A DNA stretch of 47,651 bases from Candidatus Hermodarchaeota archaeon (GTDB lineage: Archaea > Asgardarchaeota > Lokiarchaeia > Sigyniarchaeales > SOKP01): contig JBHLLO010000005.1 of NCBI GenBank assembly GCA_048885535.1, forward strand, positions 1 through 47,651, written 5' to 3'. The notes below the pieces were generated by a model. It worked only from the letters and a program-made list of their open reading frames with translations, was not told where the DNA came from and did not search any database. The translations under genes and the position numbers were made by a program. Numbering within the stretch: position 1 is the first letter of the stretch; each line of letters starts with the position of its first letter. Below, in pieces: positions 18,070 through 28,503 of the stretch.

Positions 18070-19530
18070 ATGAAAAATAGAAGTTCAATATTTGCTATCA
18101 TCGCGCTTATCATTGGGGCATCCGGATTGGGGCTTGGAGTATTTTCAGTAGTCAACTTTCAGATAGTAGAAGGACCACAAGGAGCTCCAGGTCAAGATGG
18201 ACAGGATGGCATTGATGGAGTTGATGGAGTAAATGGAACTGATGGAAAAGACGCTCCCGGAGGAATTGTCGTAGGAATCTTAGATCCTGACAATGGTCAG
18301 ACTATTTCAGGTGTTGTTAAAATTAGGGCTTTAGTATATGGCACTGAATTATATAGTATTTCAATCCTCCGAAATGGCACAGAAATTGGAACAACCTTAC
18401 CGTATGATTGGGATACTCTTTCGGTTTCAGATGATTGGTATAACATCACCGTTATAGTGACCGATGCTGCGACTAATAACGTCAGTCAAGATGAGGTTAT
18501 TGTATATGTATTAAATTTAGATGACCCAACAAATATTTATTATTGTTCCTCAGGATTAGAAGTTCAAGAAGCTCTAACTGCTATTGGTACTAGCTCTGGA
18601 ACAATCATGATAACACAATCAATCACATTAGACCAAACTATAGAAATTAATGGCACTGGCAGTTACATTATTCAAGGTGTTGGGTCAATCACAGTCGATT
18701 GTAATGGAGATAGGACTGCCTTTTATGTTACGAGTGCTACAACTTGTACTATTAGAGATCTTAAAATAGATTGTTCAGATATAACGTATATGGATAGAAT
18801 TGTAATTCAGATAGACGAAAACAGCAATAATCCTATATATATTGAGAACATGCAAATTATTGGTGACACTGACCGTTATGGTCGAGGAGTTTACATAATG
18901 TCTAACAACGTTTGGATAAGCGATTGCTACTTTTACCAAATTAATAATGGAATTGTTTCTTACGGGATTAGAACACATATTTATGATAATACATTCGTTG
19001 GTATAGCAATGACTGGAGTGTCATCTTCTGGTAGCTATAATGTAATTGAAGGTAATTCTATTCAAAATACTTTATATGGTATGGGAATAGGCATAGTGGG
19101 ATCACATTGTATAATAGCAAACAATATTATTGTAAATCCTGGAGATGAAGGAATTTATTTTACTGGTTCAGGAGATCATGGGTTAGCAGCAAATAATATT
19201 ATTATAAACCCAGAAACTGATGGAATTGGTATTATTGGTGCAAGTTATATCATAATTACAGGAAACAGTATAACAGGAGCTGCTAAGGATGATACAGGTT
19301 ATAGATCGGGTATTCGGCTCAGCTCTGATGCGGATTATAATATTCTTGATGGAAATAGAATATTTGGTTTTCAGAATACAGGTTCTGGTTGGGGATATGG
19401 TATAAGAATTCAACTTGCTAATTGCGATGAGAATACAGTCGTAGGAAACACTGCTTTAAATAATGAAGTTAATTTCGATGATAATGGAACCAATACATTT
19501 GGAGATGCAACTTTAAATAATTTTGGGTGA
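18070..19530 (+). CDS. Membrane-anchored surface protein: collagen-like stalk + Ig-like domain + right-handed parallel beta-helix
   Basis: N-terminal TM, (G-X-Y)9, PDNGQTISG...WDT...YNITV Ig-like unit, then repeated I.NN.I/I.GN.I pectin-lyase/NosD-type coils. Confidence 0.85.
   Translation: MKNRSSIFAIIALIIGASGLGLGVFSVVNFQIVEGPQGAPGQDGQDGIDGVDGVNGTDGKDAPGGIVVGILDPDNGQTISGVVKIRALVYGTELYSISILRNGTEIGTTLPYDWDTLSVSDDWYNITVIVTDAATNNVSQDEVIVYVLNLDDPTNIYYCSSGLEVQEALTAIGTSSGTIMITQSITLDQTIEINGTGSYIIQGVGSITVDCNGDRTAFYVTSATTCTIRDLKIDCSDITYMDRIVIQIDENSNNPIYIENMQIIGDTDRYGRGVYIMSNNVWISDCYFYQINNGIVSYGIRTHIYDNTFVGIAMTGVSSSGSYNVIEGNSIQNTLYGMGIGIVGSHCIIANNIIVNPGDEGIYFTGSGDHGLAANNIIINPETDGIGIIGASYIIITGNSITGAAKDDTGYRSGIRLSSDADYNILDGNRIFGFQNTGSGWGYGIRIQLANCDENTVVGNTALNNEVNFDDNGTNTFGDATLNNFG
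18172..18252 (+). repeat. Collagen-like G-X-Y coding repeat (9 triplets)
   Basis: GPQ GAP GQD GQD GID GVD GVN GTD GKD. Confidence 0.9.
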
Positions 19531-19669
19531 AAATAATATCAAAAATGCCTAAAAATTAATAATACATAACTTTTTTTTTATTTTGTAAGACTTTAATTTA
19601 ATTTTAATATAACTTGTCCAAAAAATTCTTTTTTTAAAACTGTAAGAACGAAATATTTTCCCAAATTGA

Positions 19670-21262
19670 TTATATTTTAATATTCCAGGGTTTATATCCC
19701 GATTGTATTCTTAACAGATAATCATCAATAGGAAGTGTTAAATCTTTTTCAGCTCTTCTCATAGCTCCAGATGTTGCTCCATAAGCATAATACCTTACTA
19801 ATAATTCAGAGATATCCTTATCACCTAAAGAAAGAATAATTTGGATTCTAGCCTTTTTAATAATCTCTTTTGGGTTTTGAAATTTTAACTTTATGGAACG
19901 CACATTTTTCAATTCTCGTTCAATTTTTTGATATTTAGTAATCATTAGCTTAAGATTTTTTATTAAAAAAAATTTAACTTCATTTTCATAAGGAGTATTA
20001 AATTTGGGTATAAACGGATTAATATTAACTTTAAGCGAGTTAGGTTGAAATCCTAGATCAGAAATCTTTCTTAGCAGTTTAATAATCTGATTAATATCCT
20101 CATCAGTTTCTTCTGGCAAACCAATTAAAAAGTAAAATTTTACATTTCTAATTTTAGAATTTTTAATCAGATTAAGAACTTCGAATATCTTCTTATTTGA
20201 AATTTTCTTACCTAATGAATATCTCAGGGATTCAGTAGCAGCTTCTGGGGCTATAGTTATCGATTTAATATTGGCTTTTTCAAGTATAGCAATTACTCTT
20301 GGTGTTATATGGTCAATCCTAATTGAAGGGATACTCAGTTTCTTTCCTTGACTTATGATAAATTCGCATATCTCATAAAAATTAGGATGGGATGATACAC
20401 AAGAGCCAATTAATGATAACTTCTCAAAGTGGGAATGTTTTATGGCCTTTTTGATTGTCTCTAAGATACTTTCATAGCTCTTATTACGAAAAGGAGAGTT
20501 ATGATAAGAAGATATACAAAACTTGCATTTAAAAGGGCATCCTCTGTTGATTTCAAGTAAAAAATTCTCTTCGAAAATTTTTTTTTCTTTTTCTGATTTT
20601 GAAATCAATTGAAATATAGGATTAGGAGATTGATCTAGATTTTCTAAAATAGCTCTCTTTACTTCATTATTTAAGCTGGGAACATATATTCCATTAATTG
20701 ATGTCACTTCCTTAAGAAATGTATCAAAGTCCATTTTATCAGCTTTATAGTTCAGAAATTTAGTCAAAAATTCATCAAGATTTGGCTCACAATCTCCAAT
20801 GAAAAAAATATCAAACATTTCATTAAGAAGTAGAGGATTTGAAGTAATGACATGACCACCCCCAATTATTAAGGGGTATCTGTATCCATTTTTTAAGAGT
20901 AGTTCTCTGCGTTTCTCTGAGTACAGTTGAATACCTCCCTTTTCTAAAATCCATAATACATTTTTAAGATCATGTTCATCATGGACAGAAAATCCTATTA
21001 TATCAAAGTCTAATAATGATATTCTATTTTCTATACTCCTTATATCATTAGCTGAGGAATGATTTAATGAGGCAGGATACCGTACTTTAGAGGGAAGGAA
21101 TATTCTTTCACATACATAATTTTCGTAAGAATTAATGAGGTAATATAGAAGTCTAAGTGTATATGAAGATAAGCCTAACTCATACTGATTTGGAAACACT
21201 AAACCAAAGGATAAATCAATTTTTCTCCAATCTTTTTTAATAAAACTTTCTTCATTCATCAA
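19670..21262 (-). CDS. Radical SAM protein with N-terminal B12-binding-like domain
   Basis: EINRGCPFKCKFC (CxxxCxxC), FPNQYELGLS, TIAPEA, YFLIGLP, FIPKFNTP. Confidence 0.9.
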   Translation of the reverse strand: MMNEESFIKKDWRKIDLSFGLVFPNQYELGLSSYTLRLLYYLINSYENYVCERIFLPSKVRYPASLNHSSANDIRSIENRISLLDFDIIGFSVHDEHDLKNVLWILEKGGIQLYSEKRRELLLKNGYRYPLIIGGGHVITSNPLLLNEMFDIFFIGDCEPNLDEFLTKFLNYKADKMDFDTFLKEVTSINGIYVPSLNNEVKRAILENLDQSPNPIFQLISKSEKEKKIFEENFLLEINRGCPFKCKFCISSYHNSPFRNKSYESILETIKKAIKHSHFEKLSLIGSCVSSHPNFYEICEFIISQGKKLSIPSIRIDHITPRVIAILEKANIKSITIAPEAATESLRYSLGKKISNKKIFEVLNLIKNSKIRNVKFYFLIGLPEETDEDINQIIKLLRKISDLGFQPNSLKVNINPFIPKFNTPYENEVKFFLIKNLKLMITKYQKIERELKNVRSIKLKFQNPKEIIKKARIQIILSLGDKDISELLVRYYAYGATSGAMRRAEKDLTLPIDDYLLRIQSGYKPWNIKI

Positions 21263-21294
21263 TTAAATCAGAAGTTATCAAGAAATACAAAAAA

Positions 21295-22095
21295 TTAATT
21301 ATAATTTTCACGTTCTTGTTTTATTTTCTTTATCTCTTCAACTATTAAAGGTAGAACGATTCCTGTTTTATTACGAATTACAATTTCAGCTCTTTCATCC
21401 AAATGGGTTGGCTGATCATTCACGATAATTAGCTTACCACCATCTCTTAAAGTGTATAAAGGTAAATCACATGCCGGTGCCACTTCTAATGAAGATCCAG
21501 CAATTAGCATAATATCAGCTTTTTGAGATAATGCTCGTGATTGAAATATTTCAAAATTAGGTAAACCTTCTCCAAATAAAACAACAGATGGTTTTAAAGG
21601 CCCTCCACAATAATCACACAAAGGAGCTCCTTTTTTTTCTTTTCTGAGTTTTCTCATTATTTGTTCTTTGGTGTATGACGATTTACATCCTAAGCAATTA
21701 AATCGGTTAATATTACCATGAACTTCATAGACTATTATTGAACCTGCTTTTTGGTGGAGTTCATCAACATTCTGGGTTATTACTGCTTTGATAATATCCA
21801 TTTTTTCTAATTCTGCTAAAGCATAATGTCCCGGATTTGGTTTTGCTTTAAATAAATTTGGAGCGACTTCTTGAGCCAATTCCCAGAATTTTGCTGGATT
21901 TCTCAGGAATGCTTGAATATTGCCATAGATTTCAGGTTTATATTTTTCCCAAATGCCACCATCTCCGCGAAAGTCTGGAATTCCTGACTCTGTAGAAACA
22001 CCTGCTCCAGTTAAAACAATTGCTTCTTTTGAATCGAATAATAGTTCACCAGCTCGTTGGATTTTTTTTGTTTCTTCTAACTTTGTTATTTTCAT
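21295..22095 (-). CDS. cobB: NAD-dependent protein deacylase (Sir2 family)
   Basis: GAGVSTESGIPDFRG, TQNVDELH, EVHG, two CxxC, LKPSVVLFGE, GSSLEVAP. Confidence 0.95.
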   Translation of the reverse strand: MKITKLEETKKIQRAGELLFDSKEAIVLTGAGVSTESGIPDFRGDGGIWEKYKPEIYGNIQAFLRNPAKFWELAQEVAPNLFKAKPNPGHYALAELEKMDIIKAVITQNVDELHQKAGSIIVYEVHGNINRFNCLGCKSSYTKEQIMRKLRKEKKGAPLCDYCGGPLKPSVVLFGEGLPNFEIFQSRALSQKADIMLIAGSSLEVAPACDLPLYTLRDGGKLIIVNDQPTHLDERAEIVIRNKTGIVLPLIVEEIKKIKQERENYN

Positions 22096-22350
22096 CGATA
22101 GATTCAGTTAATTTTTTAAAAAATGTCTGTTAAAATCATCTCTAATAGATGAATTATTTTATATTTATATTATGAATTATTAAAAGTTAATTATTATAAG
22201 ACTTCTTGTAAATGTTTGTTTTTACTTCAAAAACTTAATCTTAAATCCATTTGTTACATCAATATCATAAAAAATAAAAAAATTCAATAATTTTAAATTT
22301 CTGTAGATATACGATTATAATTGTAAAATTAAAACTTTAAGATTATTCTT

Positions 22351-23238
22351 ATGATAACTGGGTTTGCAATTATTTTAGATGATGAAATTCTCTACATTTC
22401 AAATGAAAATAAATATCCCGTCTTTGAAATTGTCTTATTCGTGGAAAAGTTAATTAGGAGTATTAATCCCAAAAATGTATGGCGTTTAAAGAACATCTTT
22501 TTTGAAGGAAAAGAAGGCAGAGAGCGCATGATCATAAAGCATGATGTTAGTGACAAATTTCAAAATCTTTTTTACTGCATAACAGGTGATTTTTTATCCA
22601 ATTCTGAGGCGGCAGATAATATGTTAGATGAGTTTTATGAAAAAGTAATCGCAAATTATGATAATCCAAATAAAATTATTGAATATTCAAAAAAATCAGA
22701 ATTCTCTAAAATAATTAAATTAATTACAGCCTATTTATGGGAAAAATATCGCTATCCACTTGAAGATGAAAAATTGGACAATTCTTATGCCCAAATTGAA
22801 AATAAAATAATTTACTGTGGTATCTCTGCTCAGGGATTGCCTATTATTTCTCATTTATATGATACATCACTTTTAAATGATCTCCGTAGAGAAGTAAGTC
22901 ATGAAAATATAGATCTATTTACTTCTAACTTATCTGCTCGATTAGCAACTATTGCAATGAATACTCAAATTCGCGCAAAAATGAATATTAAAGAAATTCA
23001 ATTTCATGACTTAGCTGAAAATGGAAATAGAAAATTGATTTTATTTGAAGATATTAATGGTTACTCGCTTGATTTTGTAGCTTCAGGTGATTTTAACAAA
23101 ATTAAAGATATTTTTTTACAATTAAAGGACAAGATCTCCAAAGAAGAAGTTTTAAAACAAGATTTTTCAGGGGATTTAAAACCCTATCGTTCATTAATTA
23201 CTTACTTAAATGAAATTATTCATGAGTTTGATCATTAA
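22351..23238 (+). CDS. Hypothetical protein, probable tandem longin/roadblock-like domains
   Basis: Two units starting with beta-hairpins (MITGFAIILDDEILY; IIYCGISAQGLPI), each followed by a long helix and a strand meander. Confidence 0.55.
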   Translation: MITGFAIILDDEILYISNENKYPVFEIVLFVEKLIRSINPKNVWRLKNIFFEGKEGRERMIIKHDVSDKFQNLFYCITGDFLSNSEAADNMLDEFYEKVIANYDNPNKIIEYSKKSEFSKIIKLITAYLWEKYRYPLEDEKLDNSYAQIENKIIYCGISAQGLPIISHLYDTSLLNDLRREVSHENIDLFTSNLSARLATIAMNTQIRAKMNIKEIQFHDLAENGNRKLILFEDINGYSLDFVASGDFNKIKDIFLQLKDKISKEEVLKQDFSGDLKPYRSLITYLNEIIHEFDH

Positions 23239-23269
23239 TTTCTAATAATATGCCCTTTTCTTAATATGT

Positions 23270-24580
23270 ATGAAAGCTGTTATATTGGCAGCTGGGAAAG
23301 GAAATAGATTAAGACCTATTACTTCCACAAGACCAAAACCTCTAATTCCTATAGCTGGAAAACCTTTATTAGAACATAGTATTGAAGGTTTAGTAAACGC
23401 GGGAGTTAACCAAATATTATTAGTTGTAGGGTATAAAGAGGAAATGGTTAAAGATTATTTTAGAAATGGTAAAGACAAATTTAACATTGATATTACTTAT
23501 ATTACCCAAGAGGAACATTTAGGAACTGCTCATGCTGCTGGTTACGCTAAAGATTTCGTTAAAAAAGATGATTTTCTACTTATGTACGGGGACTTATTTG
23601 TAAATCCAAATTTATTCAATGAAATGGTTTCCACCTTTGAAAAGCAGCAATGTGACGGAATAGTCTCTATGATTGAGGTAAAAGATCCGCAAAATTATGG
23701 AATAATATCATTGGATTCAAGTGGATATATAAAAAAGATTATTGAAAAACCCAATGCGAACTTAAATGTAGGTAATTTAGCAAACGCCGGGATATACCTC
23801 TTTAAATCTAATATCTTCACTGCGATTAAACAAACTGAAAAATCTATTAGAGGTGAATATGAATTTACCGACTCTATTGAGGTTTTTATAGAAAAATTGA
23901 ATAGTCAAATTTATGGATATAATATTAAAGGCTTCTATTGGAATGATATTGGTCTACCATGGCAACTTTTAGAGGTAAACAAATATGTGTTAGATACACA
24001 AAGTGGAAAAAATTTAGGTAATATAGAAAAAAATGTGTTTATATCAGGAGAGGTGTATATTGGGGAGGGAACTATCATACGGTCAGGAACGTATATCCAA
24101 GGACCTTGCTTTATTGGAAAAAATTGTTTAATTGGACCAAATGCTTTCATTCGACCTTACACATCAATCCAAGATAATTGTCATGTGGGAATGTCTGAAA
24201 TTAAGAACTCTATCATCTTTTCAGAGAGTTCAATCCCCCATTTTAACTATATTGGTGATTCTATAATATGTGAACATGTTAACTTAGGAGCAGGAACAAA
24301 GATCTCAAATTTAAGGTTTGATAATAAATCAATTGCTATGAATATTGATAATAAAATGATAAATTCTGAAAGAAGGAAAATGGGAGCTATAATCGGTCCT
24401 TATTGTCAAACTGGAATTAATGCAAGTATTATGTGTGGAAAGAAAGTAGCAGAATATTCAGTTATTGGAGCACACACACTTGTAAATGAAGATATCCCTG
24501 CTAATACTCTTTTTTATCAAAATTCGAAAGGAGAATTAATAAAGAAACCAAACACTTTTTTTAAGTTAAAGAAGGAATAA
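23270..24580 (+). CDS. glmU: Bifunctional sugar-1-phosphate nucleotidyltransferase/acetyltransferase (archaeal GlmU type)
   Basis: MKAVILAAGKGNRLRPIT..RPKPL, EKP, hexapeptide left-handed beta-helix, HFNYIGDS, NLRFD. Confidence 0.92.
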   Translation: MKAVILAAGKGNRLRPITSTRPKPLIPIAGKPLLEHSIEGLVNAGVNQILLVVGYKEEMVKDYFRNGKDKFNIDITYITQEEHLGTAHAAGYAKDFVKKDDFLLMYGDLFVNPNLFNEMVSTFEKQQCDGIVSMIEVKDPQNYGIISLDSSGYIKKIIEKPNANLNVGNLANAGIYLFKSNIFTAIKQTEKSIRGEYEFTDSIEVFIEKLNSQIYGYNIKGFYWNDIGLPWQLLEVNKYVLDTQSGKNLGNIEKNVFISGEVYIGEGTIIRSGTYIQGPCFIGKNCLIGPNAFIRPYTSIQDNCHVGMSEIKNSIIFSESSIPHFNYIGDSIICEHVNLGAGTKISNLRFDNKSIAMNIDNKMINSERRKMGAIIGPYCQTGINASIMCGKKVAEYSVIGAHTLVNEDIPANTLFYQNSKGELIKKPNTFFKLKKE

Positions 24581-24608
24581 ATTAGATAAGGAAGAGAACA
24601 TATTCAAC

Positions 24609-26330
24609 TCATCCAGAATCTTTTTTTTTGAGTTGATGTAATAATCTAGAAAATTTTAAAGGTTTTTCTTTATAGTTCAATTCCCTGAGAGCTTGTTCTT
24701 GATAAGCTATAAATAGATTTGTTGAAAAATCTTCCCAATCTCGACATATTTTAAGTGTTTCGTCATCATTCCTTAATAAACTGTCATGCAACATTATTTT
24801 TGAGAATTTATTTGCATAATCTTCAATTAAATCTTCATCGCTTCCTTTTAATAAGTCTCTTATGAAATCATCTGAAGAGTACCAATCTCTTACTCTTTGA
24901 AAATCACGATGAATTTGGGTGAGTAAAACGAGTCTTGGACCTTCCCAAAGTTCCATAATCATGGAATCGCGATGAAACCTGGGTAAAGAGAGAAAGTCTT
25001 CCATTATACCATGACCTCCGAAAAAAGAAATTGCTCTTCTTATCATTTTAGGGCACTCATCTGCTACAACTATTTTTTGAAGCATTATCAATTCTCGTAA
25101 CCTAAATCGACGTTTACGTTCTTCGAAATCCTCAATTTTCTGTAGATCTCTTATACCGCTAATTAATTCTTCTCCAAAATGTATGAATTCAGAATATACT
25201 TTAAACGTTCCTGCGGCAGTTCTTTTTGCAAAATGATCTAATTCGTTAATTTGATTCATCATCATTGGAAAGGAGGATACAGGGATTCCGAATGCATCTC
25301 GAAATTGAGCATATAAAAGAGCTTCTCTTACTGCTCTTAAGGCTCCTGCAGCCATACCAAATGCAACATGTAATCTAGATAAAGAAAGAACAATTCCGAC
25401 TACATCAGCTAAACCCATTTCAAGAGGACCAATAGGATAAGCAACTGCTCCATTATAAGTAATTTCTGCAGTCGGTAATTCAGCAGTTCCTAATTTTGGT
25501 TTTAGGCGATCTATAGTATATGAATTTCTTATTTCACTTTTTTCATTACCTGGAAGCCAAGATGGAACTACGAATGCTGCTACTCTAGTTGATGATGGTA
25601 CATCTTTTGGTTTAGCAGTAATAAGTGCGTAATCAGTATGAGCAGCAGAACAAAAAAATTTTTGACCATAAATTCTCCATACATTTGAAAATCCATCCTT
25701 ACCTTCAGCTTCTTCGAATACAGCTTCAACTAGATTTGCTGGAACATCACTACCCCCTTGGATTTCGCTTACAAATTGAGCACCTCTTCCATATTCACCA
25801 TTTTTTCCTTCTCTTAAATGATTAAATATTACGTTAGCTTCCTGAGATAAATCGTTTTCATATTTCTGCAAAATCCATATCAGTCCATGAGTGCAAGCTA
25901 CAGGACACATTACTCCTGCCTCGCCATTTTGATAAAGTAAAAACATTTTAACGAATCTACTCCATGGAGTATTCCTATTTGGATCCCATAGACCTAAACT
26001 AAATACCTCCTTTTCTAATGTTTCTGTTTCCCAACAACGTTCAATCCTATCAATTCGATGATTATGAGCATCATAATGTTTTATTTTAGTTACTTTTAAT
26101 CTATTTTCAAGTTCAGCTGCCTTATCAGCTAAATCTTTCCATTTATTCGAAACATAGTCAGATAAAGCACTTAAATCACGGTTAATGATTTCATATTCAG
26201 TATTTGGAACATAATGTTTTATTAAAGTTTGTAGAAATAGATCGTCTCTATAATAATTAAAATTATTTCGAACAACTAAATAATCGTCAAATGAATAAGG
26301 ATTATTTCGATCTCCCTCTTTTTTCGACAT
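24609..26330 (-). CDS. Acyl-CoA dehydrogenase family protein (AidB-like)
   Basis: CPVACT, SEIQGGSDV, GQKFFCS, RLKPKLGT, RDAFG, FGGHGIMED, LWEGP. Confidence 0.9.
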   Translation of the reverse strand: MSKKEGDRNNPYSFDDYLVVRNNFNYYRDDLFLQTLIKHYVPNTEYEIINRDLSALSDYVSNKWKDLADKAAELENRLKVTKIKHYDAHNHRIDRIERCWETETLEKEVFSLGLWDPNRNTPWSRFVKMFLLYQNGEAGVMCPVACTHGLIWILQKYENDLSQEANVIFNHLREGKNGEYGRGAQFVSEIQGGSDVPANLVEAVFEEAEGKDGFSNVWRIYGQKFFCSAAHTDYALITAKPKDVPSSTRVAAFVVPSWLPGNEKSEIRNSYTIDRLKPKLGTAELPTAEITYNGAVAYPIGPLEMGLADVVGIVLSLSRLHVAFGMAAGALRAVREALLYAQFRDAFGIPVSSFPMMMNQINELDHFAKRTAAGTFKVYSEFIHFGEELISGIRDLQKIEDFEERKRRFRLRELIMLQKIVVADECPKMIRRAISFFGGHGIMEDFLSLPRFHRDSMIMELWEGPRLVLLTQIHRDFQRVRDWYSSDDFIRDLLKGSDEDLIEDYANKFSKIMLHDSLLRNDDETLKICRDWEDFSTNLFIAYQEQALRELNYKEKPLKFSRLLHQLKKKDSG

Positions 26331-26478
26331 TATTACTGCCTTTTAAAAAATTTGTTAATAATAATTAATTATTTAAATTTGTTTCATAATAAAATTAACG
26401 TTCAGAAGATAGATTATTTAAAATTATATTAATGAATTAAATTACAATTAAAAATATTAAGAGACGATAGATTCTAAA

Positions 26479-27267
26479 TTATTCTTCTGTTTCTGAATCA
26501 TTTGATTGACTTTCACTTCCTGTTGCTGTTGAGGTTTTGGTTTTTGCTAATTTTGCGACATTAATTCTTTCAGTTCTTCTTATTTCACTTTTTCGAGTAC
26601 GCTTTACATCCACTTCCACAATGTCAAATTCTTCTTCCTTAGAAATATATACTTTATCTTCGCCGCCTTCAGGTATAGAAAATATTTTGCTTTTAATTAT
26701 AGTACAATTAGATAGAGGATAAATTGTTTTAGCAACTCTATTGATTTGATTTTCAAATTCATGGTATATTATCCCATTAATGAATTTTTCATGATTGAGA
26801 TTTTTAGCAAATTCTCTCAGAATTTCCATTATAATCTTTCTAATTACAATTTGTTGAGAACTTCTGGCTCTTCTAATTGTCGTACATATAGTAGTAAGAC
26901 GAAATCCCCAATTATCTTTTGTAAATAAGTTTATAATTACTTGAACCTTAGAGCTTCCTCTTCCAATCAATGAGCGTACGTAATCATTTGTGTATTGATG
27001 ACCCCAAAAAACGCTATTGCAAACACCTTTTTCTGAATCTATATCTACAATTTTAAATCTTAATTTCAAACTTATATCAGAATAATCATCTGTAATATCA
27101 TAAAGCAAAATTTCTAGTGTTCTTCCAACTAAGTTATTTGGTAATCCAATTATCTCACCAATTTCTCGAAAGTTGAAGCTTTTAGGACCAATTACTGGAT
27201 ACCAATTCTTATCTTTAAATGTTACTTTCTTTACTTTAGCTTTCCTTTTTCTGGCTTTTTGACTCAC
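26479..27267 (-). CDS. rps3ae: 30S ribosomal protein S3Ae (eS1)
   Basis: KNWYPVIGPKSF, GRTLEI.LYDIT, DYVRSLI.RGSSKV, IYPL; GTG start 5 nt after the rps15 stop. Confidence 0.95.
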   Translation of the reverse strand: MSQKARKRKAKVKKVTFKDKNWYPVIGPKSFNFREIGEIIGLPNNLVGRTLEILLYDITDDYSDISLKLRFKIVDIDSEKGVCNSVFWGHQYTNDYVRSLIGRGSSKVQVIINLFTKDNWGFRLTTICTTIRRARSSQQIVIRKIIMEILREFAKNLNHEKFINGIIYHEFENQINRVAKTIYPLSNCTIIKSKIFSIPEGGEDKVYISKEEEFDIVEVDVKRTRKSEIRRTERINVAKLAKTKTSTATGSESQSNDSETEE

Positions 27268-27272
27268 AAATT

Positions 27273-27731
27273 TTACCTCATTACAATTGTTCTTATCTTT
27301 TCAGGATCATATTTAAAATCCGGTTCAAGATATCCTTTCTTTTTATAATACTTAATTAACCTATATACTTTTGACTCAGTTCTATTAAGACCTTTTTTAG
27401 CTTCTAGATCTTTATGGTTAGTTTCTAAATGTTTTCTAATGCTTAATGCCTTTTTAACTAAATTAGAGAGATCTTCTGGCAATGGTGATTTAATATCATT
27501 TTCTTCAAGAATCTGGCTAATTGATTTACCTGTAACTACCTTAACAAGTGGAACTCCATATGAGTCTCGAAGGATAATACCAATCCTGGATTGAGAGAAT
27601 CCTCTTCTAGCTAATCTTACCACTTCATTTTCTACTTCTTCTCCAGATAACTCAATCCATGGGGGGCGATCGAGCCTTGCTGGTCTTGTTGAACCAGATG
27701 TTCCTTTTTTCCTACTATGCATTCGAGCCAT
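27273..27731 (-). CDS. rps15: 30S ribosomal protein S15 (uS15/S13e)
   Basis: MARMHSRKKG.SGS.RP, IGIILRDSYGVP, LPEDL, ESKVYRLIKYYK. Confidence 0.98.
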   Translation of the reverse strand: MARMHSRKKGTSGSTRPARLDRPPWIELSGEEVENEVVRLARRGFSQSRIGIILRDSYGVPLVKVVTGKSISQILEENDIKSPLPEDLSNLVKKALSIRKHLETNHKDLEAKKGLNRTESKVYRLIKYYKKKGYLEPDFKYDPEKIRTIVMR

Positions 27732-27909
27732 GATATCAAAGATATACTCTGTAAATATTAAATTAGATACTAATCTAAATGAACTTTCTAAAATAAAATT
27801 TTGGAATTTTAATTTAGTTTAGATAAATAAATTGAAGGTTTAGAAATTTTCTTACATATTATAATTGTCAGTCCTATATCTAAATATATTCTAGCTAATT
27901 ATATTAATT

Positions 27910-28494
27910 ATGGAAAAAGAAGAAGATATGATTTATTTTATTACTTCGAATAATAATAAATTTAATGAAATTGCTAAAATGTTTAAAGATGAGGGGTTAT
28001 CATACAGATTAAAACAATTAAATATGAAAACTACTGAAATACAAGCAGATTCGGTTAAAGAAAATGGTTCTTTTAAATTAAATAGTGTAAAACTAGAGGT
28101 CGATGCCTCTTGTTTCGTAGAAGACGCAGGATTTTTTGTTGATAATCCCCTTAATGGGTTTCCAGGTGTTTATTCATCTTATGTTTTTAAAACAATTGGA
28201 AATGAAGGAATTTTACGCTTAATTGATGATTTTGAGCACTCCAAAGCTCATTTTATTACGATCATTGCTTTTTTTTTCAAACCTTTAGGTGAAGATTTCT
28301 TTTTTGAAGGAAGAGTAGATGGTAGAGTATCAGAGGAGATGAGAGGTTCTAAAGGTTTTGGATTCGATCCAATTTTTATACCTGATAAAATTAAAAATAA
28401 GACTTTTGCTGAATTAACAACTAAAGAAAAGAATAGCATCTCCCATAGAGGTATAGCTTGGAAAAAAATGATTGAATTCTTAAAAAGAAATTAA
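27910..28494 (+). CDS. rdgB: Non-canonical purine NTP pyrophosphatase (RdgB/Ham1)
   Basis: FITSNNNKFNE, VEDAG, GFPGVYS, GFGFDPIF, KNSISHRG. Confidence 0.95.
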   Translation: MEKEEDMIYFITSNNNKFNEIAKMFKDEGLSYRLKQLNMKTTEIQADSVKENGSFKLNSVKLEVDASCFVEDAGFFVDNPLNGFPGVYSSYVFKTIGNEGILRLIDDFEHSKAHFITIIAFFFKPLGEDFFFEGRVDGRVSEEMRGSKGFGFDPIFIPDKIKNKTFAELTTKEKNSISHRGIAWKKMIEFLKRN

Positions 28495-28503
28495 TAAAAG
28501 ATA

